A stretch of DNA of 63,018 nucleotides, the filler included, from Octopus bimaculoides (taxonomy: Eukaryota), in assembly GCF_001194135.2 (NCBI RefSeq). It is 5 parts of 5 records of this genome, joined end to end, with 100 filler letters (N's around TTAATTAATTAA, not from the genome) between each part and the next. Parts side by side here need not be neighbours in the genome. Positions count along the whole stretch, not along the records: positions 10,437 to 32,970 come from NC_069006.1; positions 33,071 to 47,014 come from NC_069005.1; 3 more parts are not named here. One strand, written 5' to 3'. Position 1 is the first letter of the stretch. Every line of letters begins with the position of its first letter. The translations under genes were made by a program, and so were the position numbers. Shown here in pieces: positions 25,383-38,104 of this stretch. The notes beneath the pieces were generated by a model. The model ran no database searches. It saw only the letters and a list, made by a program, of their open reading frames with translations, and had not been told where the DNA came from.

Positions 25383-25704
25383 GGCGCGTGGCACAGTGGT
25401 TAGGGCATTCGCCTTACGATCGTGAGGTTGTGAATTCAATTCCCGGCGACGTGTTGTGTCCTTGAGCAAGACATTTTATTTCACGTTGCTCCAGTCCACT
25501 CAGCTGGCAAAAATGAGTAGTACCTGTATTTCAAAGGGCCGGCCTTGTCACGCTATGTGTCACGCTGAGTCTCCCTGAGAACTAACTACGTTAGGGGTAG
25601 ACGTGTCTGTGGAGGACTCAGCCACTTGCACGTTAATTTCACGAGCAAGCTGTTCCGTTGATCGTATCAGCTGGGACCCTCGTCGTCGTAACCGACGGAG
25701 TGCT
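25383..25704 (+). mobile_element. tRNA/CORE-like SINE, 3' module type 2
   Basis: ggcgcgtggcacagtggttag head, CORE-like tgtgtccttgagcaagacattttatttcacgttgctccagtccactcagctggcaaaaatgag, then ...ttgatcgtatcagctgggaccctcgtcgtcgtaaccgacggagtg. Family A tail fragments lie on both sides (25068-25215 on -, 25710-25775 on +). Confidence 0.85.
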
Positions 25705-26343
25705 CCAATCCTTCAAGGTGATGCTCCAGTTTGGCCGCAGTCCAATGACTGAAACAAGTAAGAGATCAAAGGATAATAGAATGTTCGAATAATGATAAGC
25801 TCGTGGGTATACCATGGCCGAGAAAATAAACTGGATGGCCATGGTTAGAATGTCTTCTGATCAATGAACTACTTAACCAAATCTGACGTCATGGTGTTCA
25901 AAGAATGTCCTCCACAACGATTACAGCAATAACCGCAGCCCTCCCCACACTAATACAACCAGCACCCACACCACAACCAATGCTAACACCGCCGCCACCA
26001 CTACTACTACACCACTACTAACACCAATACCATCTCCACCACCAACACCACCCCCATTGTTATATAGTATCATACTCTATTAACAATCTGAAAACAACAA
26101 AGACAACATTAACAAACATAACAAAAAACCCTGATCATAATGTCAGCCATTGCGTTACAGAAATTGAGTCACGTGTGTCACGTGACAATATTTTCCTTTA
26201 TGATGGTTATATAATACGCGCACATATACGTGCATATGTGTGTGCATGTATCTACATTTGTGTGTGTATGCCAGTGTGCATGTATGTTTCTACTACCTGT
26301 GTATGTGTATGTGTCTGTGTATGTATCTACCTTTGTGTGTGTT

Positions 26344-26380
<37 letters not shown>

Positions 26381-26916
26381 GTGTGTATTATATATGCTGC
26401 ATAAAGGAAAGGATTGTCACGTGACACGCGTGATATTATTGTATAGGTATATGTATAGGTCGGTGTGTCTCTGTATATCTATATATGTGTGTGTGTATGT
26501 GTGTGTTTGTGTGCGCGTGTGTGTGTATCTGTGTGTGCATATATACACGTGTGTATTATATATCCTGCATACAGTAAAGCAGTCACGTGATACACCTGAT
26601 ACAATTGTATACGAATATCTGTTAGTGATTCTGTATGCATTTGGGCTTGTATGTTGTGTTTGTACGTCTGTATGTGTGTACGTATCTGCATATATGTGGT
26701 TTGTATCGATATTATACATATTCTCCCGTCTCATGCTATCGTTCTCTTCTGAAAATCGGCTTAAATGTTCTTAGAGCGGGATTGTAGTAGTAGTAGTGGT
26801 GGCGGTTCTGGTTCTGGTGGTAGTGCTGATAGTGGTAGTGGTGGTGGGGGAGTAGCAGTAGTAACAGTAGTGATAGATTAAGTTGATGATCGTCTGAGTG
26901 ACAGAATTATTATTAA

Positions 26917-26981
<65 letters not shown>

Positions 26982-27068
26982 GTAGTAGTAATAGTAGTCA
27001 TTGTGGTGGTAGACCTCCTCCACCCACCATATTTTCTATCTCTACCTTTTCCATTCCTGCCTTATGTT

Positions 27069-27100
<32 letters not shown>

Positions 27101-27689
27101 ACTCTCATTTCTTCTCTAGCCCTCTTTCTATATCTTTTTCCTGTCTGTCTATCAGTCTATGTACCTTCCTGTCTGCCTCTCTCTCTCTCTCTCTGTGCCT
27201 CTCTCTCTCTCACTGCCCCTCTCTCTCACTGCCCCTCTCTGTGTCTCTCTCTCCGCCTCTCTCTCTCTGTCTCTCTCTATCCCCGCTAAGATTGCTTCAT
27301 ATCTTTATCAAGTCCCCTCTCAAATTCGCTCAATCACTGTCTTTCAGTCTGTCTGTCAGTCTGTTTGTTTGTTTGTCAGTCTGTCTCTCTCCCTCCCTCC
27401 CCACCTCCTCTCTTCCTCACTCTCTGCCGCTCACTCTCTCCCTCTATCTCCCTCACCCTCTCTCCCCCACCACCATCACCCACCCTATCACCTCAATATA
27501 TGTATTGTGTTCTGCCACACAAAAGTCTCTACTTTCAGTTTTATGTTTACATTTCCAAATCGTGCTGCCGTGTCTGTCTTGGATCAGGTGGGTTTAACTG
27601 CGGCAGGAAGGGAAGAAGGCGGGTGGGGGTGGAATCTTTGTGTCGAGGAATTCTGGGGGTTTTTAGAGGGATTGTGGAGGAGGGAGTTG

Positions 27690-28115
27690 TGGTAACGGTG
27701 GTGGTGGTGGTGGTGATGATGGAAACGATGATGGATGCTGCGGTTGTATTGGTGGCGGTGGTGATGGTGATGTTGTTCGTGGTGGTGCTAGTAGTGGTGG
27801 TAGTGCAGGTAGTGGTGGTGGCGGTGGTGGCGGTAGAGAAGATTGTGATAATCGTGGTGTTGGTGTTGGTAGAAGTGAGGGTATTGGAGGAGATAGTGGC
27901 GGTGGTGCTAGTATTGGTCGTAGTAGAGGTAGTAGTTATGGCGGTGGTGGCGCTAGTAGAGAGGATTGTGATGATCATGGTGGTGGTCACGATGGTGGTG
28001 GTCCGATGGTGGGCCTGGTGGTGATGACAGTGGAAGTTGTCGTGGTGGTAGCGGTGGTGGCGGTGATAATGGAGGTTTCGTGGTGGCATTGCTGGTGGCG
28101 GAGTGGTGATGAGGT
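27690..28115. repeat. GGT/GTA trinucleotide low-complexity tract
   Basis: Direct reading; source of the poly-V and poly-T pseudo-ORFs. Confidence 0.9.
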
Positions 28116-28389
28116 TGATGTCACCATTACTTCTGCGTACAAGTGCCCTTATTGTGTCCCCGGCTGTTTGACTTTAGGAAAGATTCGGCTGCTATTTCTA
28201 ACAGATCGTGTGGTCACATACAAGCTCCCTCATTGACTCGCCGTGTAGTCATATTTATTACTATTTAGCCCAAGGTCAAACCAGTTTTAAGTAGATCGCT
28301 ATGATCAAATGCCTCCGGAACCAACTGTGACAATTACGTTATTCTTAATCTCTGCAGATTAAACGCAGTAACTCACTCAATTTAGCCTT

Positions 28390-30040
28390 AATCTCTAAGA
28401 CAATAGGATGTGTGATATGAGGGCAATTTAGTTGCTATTTTTAGATTATTGCTGCTGCTGTTGTTGTTGTTGGTGGTGGCGGTTCTTATAATGATGGTAG
28501 CTGTGTCAATAAATGGTAAATGGCATATTGTGGCTAAGACAATAGGTTGTGTAATTTGAGGGCACATTGATTGCTATTTTTGGCTTGTCATTTCTGATTT
28601 TGGTATTGGTGTTGATGGTGGTGATCGGTTTGGTCGTCATGGTAGCGGTCTCACAAAATTATAGATAACAGATTATGGATAAAACAACAGGATGTATAAT
28701 TTGAGAGCAATTTGGCTGCTATTTTTTTAGCTTATCATTGTGGTATTGGTGGTGGTGATGATGGTTCTAGCAGTGGTGGTAGCGGTCTCAATAAATGATA
28801 AATAACAGATTATGGATAAAACAACAGGATGTATAATTTGAGAGCAATTTGGCTGCTATTTTTTTAGCTTATCATTGTGGTATTGGTGGTGGTGATGATG
28901 GTTCTAGCAGTGGTAGTAGCAGTCTCAATAAATGATAAATAACAGATTATGGATACAGCAACAGGATGTATAATTTGAGGGCAATTTGGCAGCTAATTCT
29001 AGCTTGCAATTATGGTTGCTTTTGATTTTGGTGGTGGTGATGGTATTGATGGTTCGGGTGGTGATGGTAGCGGTCTAAATAAATGATAGACACCAGATTG
29101 TGGATAAAACAACAAGATGCATAATTTGGTAGCAAGTTGGCTGCTATTTTTGGCTTGTTATCGTTGCTCTTGATGCTGTTTGTGGTGATACTGATGGTAT
29201 AGGTCTCTGGTCTCAATACATAGTAAATGGTTGATTATGGATAAGACAATAGGATGTATAATCCGAGGGCAATTTGGCTGCTATTTTTAGCTTGTGTTGT
29301 GGTTGCTCTTGCCATTGGTGATAGTAGCAATGTCACTAAATAATAAATAAGACAACAGGCTGCAAAATTTGAGAGCTATTTAGCTGCTATTTTTAGCTTG
29401 TGCTGTGGTTGCTCTCGGTATTGGTGCTATTGAATAATACATATCAATGACGAAGGATAAGACATCAGACTGTGAGATTTGAGGGCAATTTAGCTACTCT
29501 TTTTAGGGTGTATTGTTTTGTATAAGACAATAAGCCGTGAGATTTGAGGGGCAAATTGGCTGCTATTTTGAGCTTGTGTTGTGGTTACTCTTAGCATTGG
29601 TGATGGTAGCAATGTCCCTGAATATGTGAGTGACGATGGATAAGACAATAAGCCTTGAGATTTGAGGGCAATTTAGCTGCTATTTTTGAGCATGTGTTGT
29701 GGTTACTCTTAGCATTAGTGATGATAGCAATGTCCCTGAATATGTGAGTTTCAATAAGCCGTGAGATTTGAGGGCAATTTAGCTGCTATTTTTGAGCTTG
29801 TGTTGTGGTTATTCTTAGAACTGGTGATAGTAGCAATGTCTCTGAATATGTGAATGACAATGGATAAAACAATAGGCCGTGAGATTTGAAGGCAATTTAG
29901 CTGCTATTTTGAGCTTGTGTTGTCGTTACTCTTAGCATTGGTCAGGGTAGCAATGTCGCTGAATAATATACGAGAGACAATGGATAAAACAATAGGCCGT
30001 GAGATTTGAGGGTAATTTAACTGCTATCTTTAGGTTGTTG
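28390..30040. repeat. Satellite array, 14 units, about 50-bp conserved core, period mostly 105-150 bp
   Basis: Core ggataa(g/a)acaatagg..gtgagatttgagggcaattt(a/g)gctgctattttt(a/g)gc near 28397, 28534, 28676, 28815, 28951, 29102, 29239, 29347, 29455, 29522, 29638, 29752, 29862 and 29982. Confidence 0.93.
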
Positions 30041-30921
30041 CTATTATCGCTGTTGCTGTTGTCGGCGGTGATGGCAGCCATTCTAGTAGCGATGATAGTG
30101 ATGTCACTGAATGGTATATGGTAACTGGTGAATGGTGGATGATGGCTACTATAGGGGTGGCTTCTTAAATGGAAGATACAGTAGCTTGATCATGTTACAC
30201 TAAAGGGTATTAGCTACGGAGGAGAATGGTTGGTATTTCAACTCCCCAGTTGGCCTTCAGAACCCGCCTTTACAAGCTTTTGTCAAACCTAGATGACTTG
30301 ACTTGTTCGCTTATTGTATAACTAATCTGATCCGCCCTCCCTCCCACCNNNNNNNNNNGCCTCCTACCTCTACCTCTCTACTAACCTTAGTCTGCAACCT
30401 TCCTCCCCCCCTCGTCGTCTTTTCTCTAACCGTTATTCAATCACTGCTTATACATACACACACACGCGCATACACACACGCGCATACACACACATACGTA
30501 TACGTGCATGCACAGCATACATACACACAGAAATTCACTCTCCCTCCCGCCTACCTCTCCTACTCTCTCTTTCCCTCTCGCTCTCTCACTCGCTTTCCGT
30601 TTGACCGTCTCTCTTTCTCTCCCTCCCTCTCTCTCTCTCTCGCTGTCCTTCTTCTCTCTCTTTATCTATCTCTGTCTCTCTTCTAATTGTCATTGAATCA
30701 CTACTTACACACACACACACACAGGCATACACACACATATACATACATACATACATACATACATTCACTGACACTCGTTTCTCTCTCTCTCTCTCTCTCT
30801 CTCTCTTCCTCTCTATTTATCCCCATCGTCCCCTCTAATGTTAATCCGTCACTGCATTCAAACACACACACACACACACACACACGAATACGCAAGCACT
30901 TACACGGACACAGCGTCTCTC

Positions 30922-30959
<38 letters not shown>

Positions 30960-31384
30960 CCTCTCTCATCCCCCCCTCTCTCTCTCTCTCTGTCTGTCAC
31001 CAACATTATCGAATCACTGCCTTGAAACACACACACGAACATACACATACACATACACACACACGGACTGTCGCTCTCCCTTCTCTCTCTCTCTCATTCT
31101 CCCACTTCTCTCTCTCTCTCTCTCTCTATCTGTCTATCTGTCTATCTACCTCATCTCCAATTTAGTATAACTAAATGAATGGCTTCACTCACACACAGAA
31201 AAACTCACGCATACATACACATACACATTGATACACACACAGACTCCCCCCCCCATCTCGCTCTCACTCTCCGCCTCTCACTTTCTCTCACTCTCCGTAT
31301 CTATCCCCATCTCCCCTCTAACGATATGGAACCACCATTTTCACACACAAACACACACGCAGACACTTTCTCGCTCACCGTCTT

Positions 31385-31640
31385 TTTCTCTGTCTCCCAC
31401 TCTCTCTATACCTGTCTCGCATTCTCTCTATCTGTCTCCCACTCTCTCTACCTGTCTCGCATTCTCTCTATCTGTCTCCCACTCTCTCTACCNNNNNNNN
31501 NNCTGTCTCGCATTCTCTCTATCTGTCTCCCACTCTCTCTACCTGTCTCGCATTCTCTCTACCTGTCTCCCACTCTCTCTACCTGTTTCGCATTCCCTCT
31601 ACCTGTCTCCCACTCTCTCTCTACCTGTCTCGCATTCTCT
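31385..31640. repeat. 40-bp minisatellite (two related 20-mers), about 6 units
   Basis: ctgtctcccactctctctac + ctgtctcgcattctctctat repeated; a 10-N gap lies inside. Confidence 0.9.
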
Positions 31641-31884
31641 CGCGATTTCCTCCTACGTCCTCCACTTTCGCCACATTACTTCACATAACCTGCCTCCGAT
31701 CATTCCCCACCATCCTCCCCCTCTCAATAAATAATTCCTTTCTTCCTCTAACAATTTTCACCTACAGCTTTCTCCCCACCACCTCTGAAATGACATAATA
31801 TTTCCTTCACTTCTCTTTACATTTCCAAACTCTATCCTTACTTATAGACATTCACATAACTTTCTCTTCAAAAATTCATTCGTT

Positions 31885-31918
<34 letters not shown>

Positions 31919-32024
31919 CGACCTACCTACCTGTCTGTCTATCTATCTATCATCTACCTGCTTGCCTGTCTGTCTATCTATCTATCTGCCTGTCTGTCTG
32001 TCCGTTCGTTTAAAAGTTTTCTCG

Positions 32025-32148
32025 ATGCCCTTTCATCGTTATCCCCATTTTAAATTTTTACTTTATTTCCGTCCCCATCGAAAAGAAAAACTCTACATTT
32101 GTATTTTGTCCCCTCTATGTTGAGCCCTGTGTGGCTAATAAAGAAACA

Positions 32149-32150
<2 letters not shown>
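32025..32150 (+). mobile_element. Short interspersed repeat ending in aataaa and a microsatellite (second copy about 57415-57545)
   Basis: aagaaaa.ctctac.tttgtattttgtcccctct.tgtt.agccctgtgt..c.aataaa is shared by both copies. Confidence 0.75.
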
Positions 32151-32205
<55 letters not shown>

Positions 32206-32236
32206 GTCTCTCTGTCTACCTACCTGTCTGTCTATC

Positions 32237-32267
<31 letters not shown>

Positions 32268-32377
32268 CTATGACTTAGCTATACTTCTTTTTTCTTAATT
32301 ATCGTATANNNNNNNNNNNNNNNNNNNNNNNNNNNNNNNNNNNNNNNNNNNNNNNNNNNNNNNNNNNNNNNNNNNNN

Positions 32378-32417
<40 letters not shown>

Positions 32418-32769
32418 CTCTCTCTCTCTCTCTCTCTCTGTCTATCAGTCTCTCATTCACACTAATATGTCAGTTTGACCTTCTTTCGTATCAGTCAGTC
32501 AATCAGTCTGACAGACAGGCAGACAGACAGACAGACAGACACCCTGAGTGGATGTCTGTGTGTCATTTTATATGTCAGTCGGCCTGTGTATCTGCATTTT
32601 CTTAAGGGTCGCCATTTTTGTTTCGCGTCTATTTTTCCCTTTTTTTAAAAAAAAAAAACTTCTCGCTGTTTCGTTTTTGCTTTTCACTCATTGACTTTCG
32701 ATTTCTTAATGTGCTTATTTTAGAATTTAGAAATTATTTGATATCGATTTGTAAATACTTGTACGCTTT

Positions 32770-32847
<78 letters not shown>

Positions 32848-32970
32848 GTCTGTCTGTCTGTCTGTTTATCTATGTATCTATCCATCTGTGTGTGTGTGTA
32901 TATATATATGTATATGTATATATATATGCATACGTACACACACACGTGTGTGTGTGTGTATACTTTTATT

Positions 32971-33070
32971 NNNNNNNNNNNNNNNNNNNNNNNNNNNNNN
33001 NNNNNNNNNNNNNNTTAATTAATTAANNNNNNNNNNNNNNNNNNNNNNNNNNNNNNNNNNNNNNNNNNNN
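32971..33070. other. Artificial 100-bp assembly linker N44-TTAATTAATTAA-N44
   Basis: 44 N + 12-mer at 33015-33026 + 44 N. Confidence 0.95.
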
Positions 33071-33090
33071 TATATATGTGTGTATTTATA

Positions 33091-33410
33091 TCATCATCAT
33101 CATCATCATCGTTTAACGTCCGCTTTCCATGCTAGCATGGGTTGGACGATTTGACTGAGGACTGGTGAAACCGGATGGCAACACCAGGCTCCAGTCTGAT
33201 TTGGCAGAGTTTCTACAGCTGGATGCCCTTCCTAACGCCAACCACTCAGAGAGTGTAGTGGGTGCTTTTACGTGTCACCCGCACGAAAACGGCCACGCTC
33301 GAAATGGTGTCTTTTATGTGCCACCCGCACAAGCCAGTCCAGGGGCACTGGCAACGATCTCGCTCGAAAATCCTACAGGAGCCAGTCAGGCGGTACTGGC
33401 AATGGCCACG
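33091..33410 (-). mobile_element. Retroposon 3' end with (GAT)n tail (SINE or truncated LINE)
   Basis: (CAT)n followed by cgtttaacgtccgctttccatgctagcatgggttggacg...ctggatgcccttcctaacgccaaccac. I recognise this as a common octopod repeat from memory only; it is single-copy here. Confidence 0.6.
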
Positions 33411-33537
33411 CTGTGTATACATATTTATACATACAAAAACACATCACTGACGCAACACGAGAGAGCGGTTAACATAGTTCAGGGGAAAGTACGATCAGGA
33501 TGAGAGAATAAAAGAGAAAGAAAGAAAGAAAGACAGG

Positions 33538-34175
33538 AAGAGGAGAAACAGACCGTAGAGTATAGAATTTGAATGATGCTGTGAAGTGCATCGTTCGTTA
33601 AACGCCATTTTGTTTAGAATCATAATTAGTTTCTGTATACAAAGCACGACGAAACGGATATGACTGGTACTGAATCGGTACACTCACACACACATGAACG
33701 GTGAAGTGTATTCAAGCATACCTCAACGTCCGTCTTCTCCAGTTATATTTTTATGTATTGCATAGTTGTTGTTTTGTTTTTTTTCTTAAGAAATTAATGG
33801 AACAAATACACTTCAGTTGATTTATCCGACTTTCCGTCAGTCTCAGCAAAAAAAGAAAGAAATTTTTAAGCATAAAATCTTTTAAAAATGTACCTAAAAA
33901 AACAATACTGAAAGAAAAATCAAATAAGATGAACGTGAAAAATAATGCGAAAAAAGACAACTCGAGAAGACAGACGTTGAGGTACGCTTAAACATACCTC
34001 AACGTTCGTGTGTGTGTGTGTGTGTGTGAATGCATCGATTCAGTACCAGTCATATCTGCCTCGTTGTGTTACGTATACAGAAGCTAATTATGATTCTAAA
34101 CAAAATGGCGTTTAACGAACGATGCTCTTCACAGCATTATTCAAATTCTATAGTCTATAGTCTGTTTCTCTTCTC
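33538..34175. repeat. Long inverted repeat: arms 33538-33744 and 33959-34175, 214-bp AT-rich spacer (fold-back/MITE-like)
   Basis: Manual reverse-complement alignment gives roughly 85% identity, including the shared block catcgttcgttaaacgccattttgtttagaatcataattag. Confidence 0.92.
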
Positions 34176-34189
34176 TCCTTTATCTTGCG

Positions 34190-36225
34190 ATGGATAGTTC
34201 TAGCATTCCACCGCGTGGTAGCGTTGTTAGTTCAAGGAAATTCAAACGTGCGTTTGTATTTACCGTGTATAACATTGTGCTTTTTTCATACACCTTGGCC
34301 ACACACAAGAAATATCTTGCTGCTAAATCTTGTCCCGGTGGACGTAAGCACTATGGTATTTCTTTGCAGAATAAGCTAGCGATGTGTAAACGCTATGAAA
34401 TTATTGACAAGATAGTCGCGGTAGCGCGTTCTCATGGCTTAAGTCGAGAGACGATATCTATAATTATTCATGACAAGGAAAAGATTTTAATTCATACCCA
34501 AGATACTGCTCCAGGGAAGCAGGTCATAATAATCACCGAGAAAATTGTCAAAATCATCCGAGAAATGGGACAGCTTCTCTGTCTTTGGCTTGAATAACAC
34601 TCACCAACGCTTCCCCCCATGAGCTAAATGATAATTTTAGAGAAAGCGCTTCCATTGTACAACGACCGTAAGAAGAAATATCCTGATTTTTTAGTCAGTT
34701 CAGATTTACGCGATCCAAGAGACAACACAATCTTCATAACATTAAGGTCAGAGGTGAGAATTCATCGGTGGATGCAGTAGCAGCAGCCGAGTTTCTTGCA
34801 ATTTTGGCGAAAATAACACTGTTTAATAAAATTTTTATTTTTATTTATATATTTGTCTTTGGTCAGTAAATGTTATTTCCTATTTGCTTCTATTTAAAAA
34901 TCAAAGGAAATGACCACTATTCCCTTCAAACTTTGCTTTTCTGTCCTGGACATCAATGTTTTGAAACTGACCTATTTTCCATTACATCTCAGACAGATTC
35001 ACTACTGAGTTGCTGAAGCAGAAATATCATTATAGCAAATACTCTGCTCAATACCACAGATTTGCTTGCCAGTTGCTTGACCTTAACCAGTTAAGCTTGT
35101 CCCTTAGTGGCTGACAATATGTGCATCTCTGATGATGAGCAGGAGTAGTGGGAGAGCATCATAGCTATGTGTTGAGAGGGATTCTTTGGGATTTGAATAA
35201 ATATCATAACAAAAGCAAAGATTAAAGGAAATATTAGCCATCTTTCATACATTTTTAGGTTAAACAAATAGGTAGTAAGTTGCTACCCAAGGATAAAAAT
35301 CGTGTTACACTGTAATTGATGACAACAGTTTTATTCTACAGTAAATTTTCAATGTAGACGAGACCGGACTTTTCTGAAAAAGAAAGCCAGACCAATCCTT
35401 CATAGCTAAAGAGAAGTCTGTGCTTGGTTTTAAATTCCCTGATGGTTGTCTGACTAGAAAGCAATTGCTCGGTGGATTACAAGTTAAAGCCTCTTTTAGT
35501 TCACCACGCAAGAATTCCAAGAACACATGAGAGTTCTAAAAGTATCGATCTGAATTATATGTCAAATCTTATGTCTTGGGTGAGAGTCCTAAGTTTTGAA
35601 GATTTTTTTCAATCATTTTGTTCCATCAATTGAGAGATACTATAAAGAGAAGCAGATTTCATTTAAGATTATCTTTATTTCTGACAAAACTCCTGGCCAC
35701 CCACAAAACGTCGTTGACTTTCGTCCTAATGTCACTTACCATTAGCACCTCCTATCTACTACACTCTATGTACCAGGCTATTATTTCTAACTTCAAGCAT
35801 TGCTACAAAAGGTGTGTACTTAGACAAGGCGACGCGGAAACAGAAATGGAGGAAGGCACCACACTCCGTGATTTTTGGAGGATATGATGTTTGCAAGGCA
35901 ATTCTTAATTCAGAATTATGTATCAGAGACGTGTACGAATGTAATTTTATTTTATTCGGAAGAAACTGTGCTCCAAATTTGTGAGCAATTTCAAAGGATT
36001 CGACATTTCTGATATGAAAAAAGAATTGGTGACGTTTTCCAAAAAAACCAACATGGATTTGGAGAAGGAGAATTTCGACGCATTAATTGATGCTGACAAT
36101 CAACTACTCACAAACGAAGAGTTGATGAGACTTCATCAGCAGTAACACCAAGAGGTGATGCAGCTCCCGGAACCAGAACCAGGACACTTTACCATCAAAA
36201 AAATGCAGCAGGCTTTTCTGTATAT
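34190..36225 (+). mobile_element. Decayed Tigger/pogo (CENP-B-like) transposase, interrupted by insertions at about 34850-35310
   Basis: N-terminal HTH region RKHYGISLQNKL...HGLSRETISIIIHDKEKIL...IREMGQLLCLWLE. DDE region IFNVDETGLF (about 35345), D(K)TPGHP (about 35685), LHSMYQAIISNFKHCY and TTLRDFW. Many stops and frameshifts. Confidence 0.9.
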
Positions 36226-36329
36226 CAGTGGTTCTCAACCGGGTTCCATATGACCATTGGGGGTCCGTATACGATTATCTTGTTAAAATTTATGTGCAAT
36301 ATATTGGTTATACCTCTACAACACACCAA

Positions 36330-36570
36330 ATAACTGACACTCTGTCGGTTACGACGATAGAGGTTCCAGTCGATCCGATTAACGGAACAGCCTGCTCGTG
36401 AAATTAACGTGCAAATGGGTGAGCACTCCACAGACACGTGTGCCCTTAACATAGTTCTCAGAGAGATTCGGCGTGACACAATGTAACAAGCCTGGCCTTT
36501 TGAAATACAAGAGATACTCACTTGTGCCAGTTGAGTGGAGCAACGCGAAATAAAATGTCTTACTCAAGAA
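36330..36570 (-). mobile_element. CORE-like SINE, module type 2, partial
   Basis: Reverse complement of the 25440-25704 sequence. Confidence 0.85.
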
Positions 36571-36776
36571 TCATTTTTTTCAAACTTCTAATTATATTTA
36601 AATTTAAATACTCAAAATATAGCATTTTATAACGATAGACTGGGGCGTTTTTTAAGAAATTTCGATTAATTTTATAACGTATTCACTTTCTTTTTGTTTC
36701 TTTTCTTTATGTTTCATAGTTTTTCAAGTAAAGTCGCAAGTCTTAGAACCAATTTCCGACGGAAATTGAGGTATAC

Positions 36777-36813
<37 letters not shown>

Positions 36814-38104
36814 NNNNNNNNNNNNNNNNNNNNNNNNNNNNNNNNNNNNNNNNNNNNNNNNNNNNNNNNNNNNNNNNNNNNNNNNNNNNNNNNNNNNNNN
36901 NNNNNNNNNNNNNNNNNNNNNNNNNNNNNNNNNNNNNNNNNNNNNNNNNNNNNNNNNNNNNNNNNNNNNNNNNNNNNNNNNNNNNNNNNNNNNNNNNNNN
37001 NNNNNNNNNNNNNNNNNNNNNNNNNNNNNNNNNNNNNNNNNNNNNNNNNNNNNNNNNNNNNNNNNNNNNNNNNNNNNNNNNNNNNNNNNNNNNNNNNNNN
37101 NNNNNNNNNNNNNNNNNNNNNNNNNNNNNNNNNNNNNNNNNNNNNNNNNNNNNNNNNNNNNNNNNNNNNNNNNNNNNNNNNNNNNNNNNNNNNNNNNNNN
37201 NNNNNNNNNACAGACAGAGACAGACAGAGACAGACAGAGACAGACAGACAGACCGACAGACAGATACATACATACATAATACATACATACATACATACGT
37301 ACATACATACATACATACATACATACATAGACAGATAAACAATCACTAAAAGTTCTCCATAAAACCTTGCCGCCACAACCTACGATAAAATCTAATTATC
37401 ATCCAACAGAACTCAGCTTGACCATCAAAGTTTTAACTTAACAGAGAATATACAAAAGCTAAGACGAACACAAATGTACCAAACGTATCACAGACACATG
37501 ATGGCTTAGCTTGCAGAAACTTCGAAGTCACTCTCAATACTATTCTTATTAAAGAATAATAAATTTGTACTCTACCAAATGTTTTGTGTAGTCCTTCAAT
37601 TTATACTTCACTTTACCGTGCAGTTACTATTAACACCTCGTTCAGAGATTTAACATTGCTTGTTTTCACTTTTTCGATATCAGTGAATAACTTCACTGGN
37701 NNNNNNNNNAGTAGAAGACACTTGCTCAAGGTGAACCCGGAACCATGTGGTTGGGAAGCAAGCTTCTTACCACACAGCCACTCCTATGCCTAAACGTTTG
37801 CCCAAGGTGCCATGATTACATGTATACGTGTATGTGTGTATGTGTGTATATGTGTGTGTATATGTGCATATGTGGGTGTGTATGTGTACTTGCGTGTGAA
37901 TGCGCGTGTGTAGGTACATAATGAAAATCTCTAAGTTTATGTCACGCTATCAACTAATGAGCCGATGGCATATTGCTTTCCCGTATGATCGTATGTTAAT
38001 TGATAAAGACTTTTGTATCTGTGTGTGCGTATGTGTGTGCATGTGTGTGCGTATGTATGTATATATGCGTATGTATGTATGTATGTTTGTATGTATTTCT
38101 TTTC

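Noticed and set aside
28390-30040. CRISPR-like repeat/spacer appearance
   Set aside because: The linkers are homologous to each other, the core is about 50 bp and not palindromic, there are no cas genes, and the context is an animal genome. It is a satellite.
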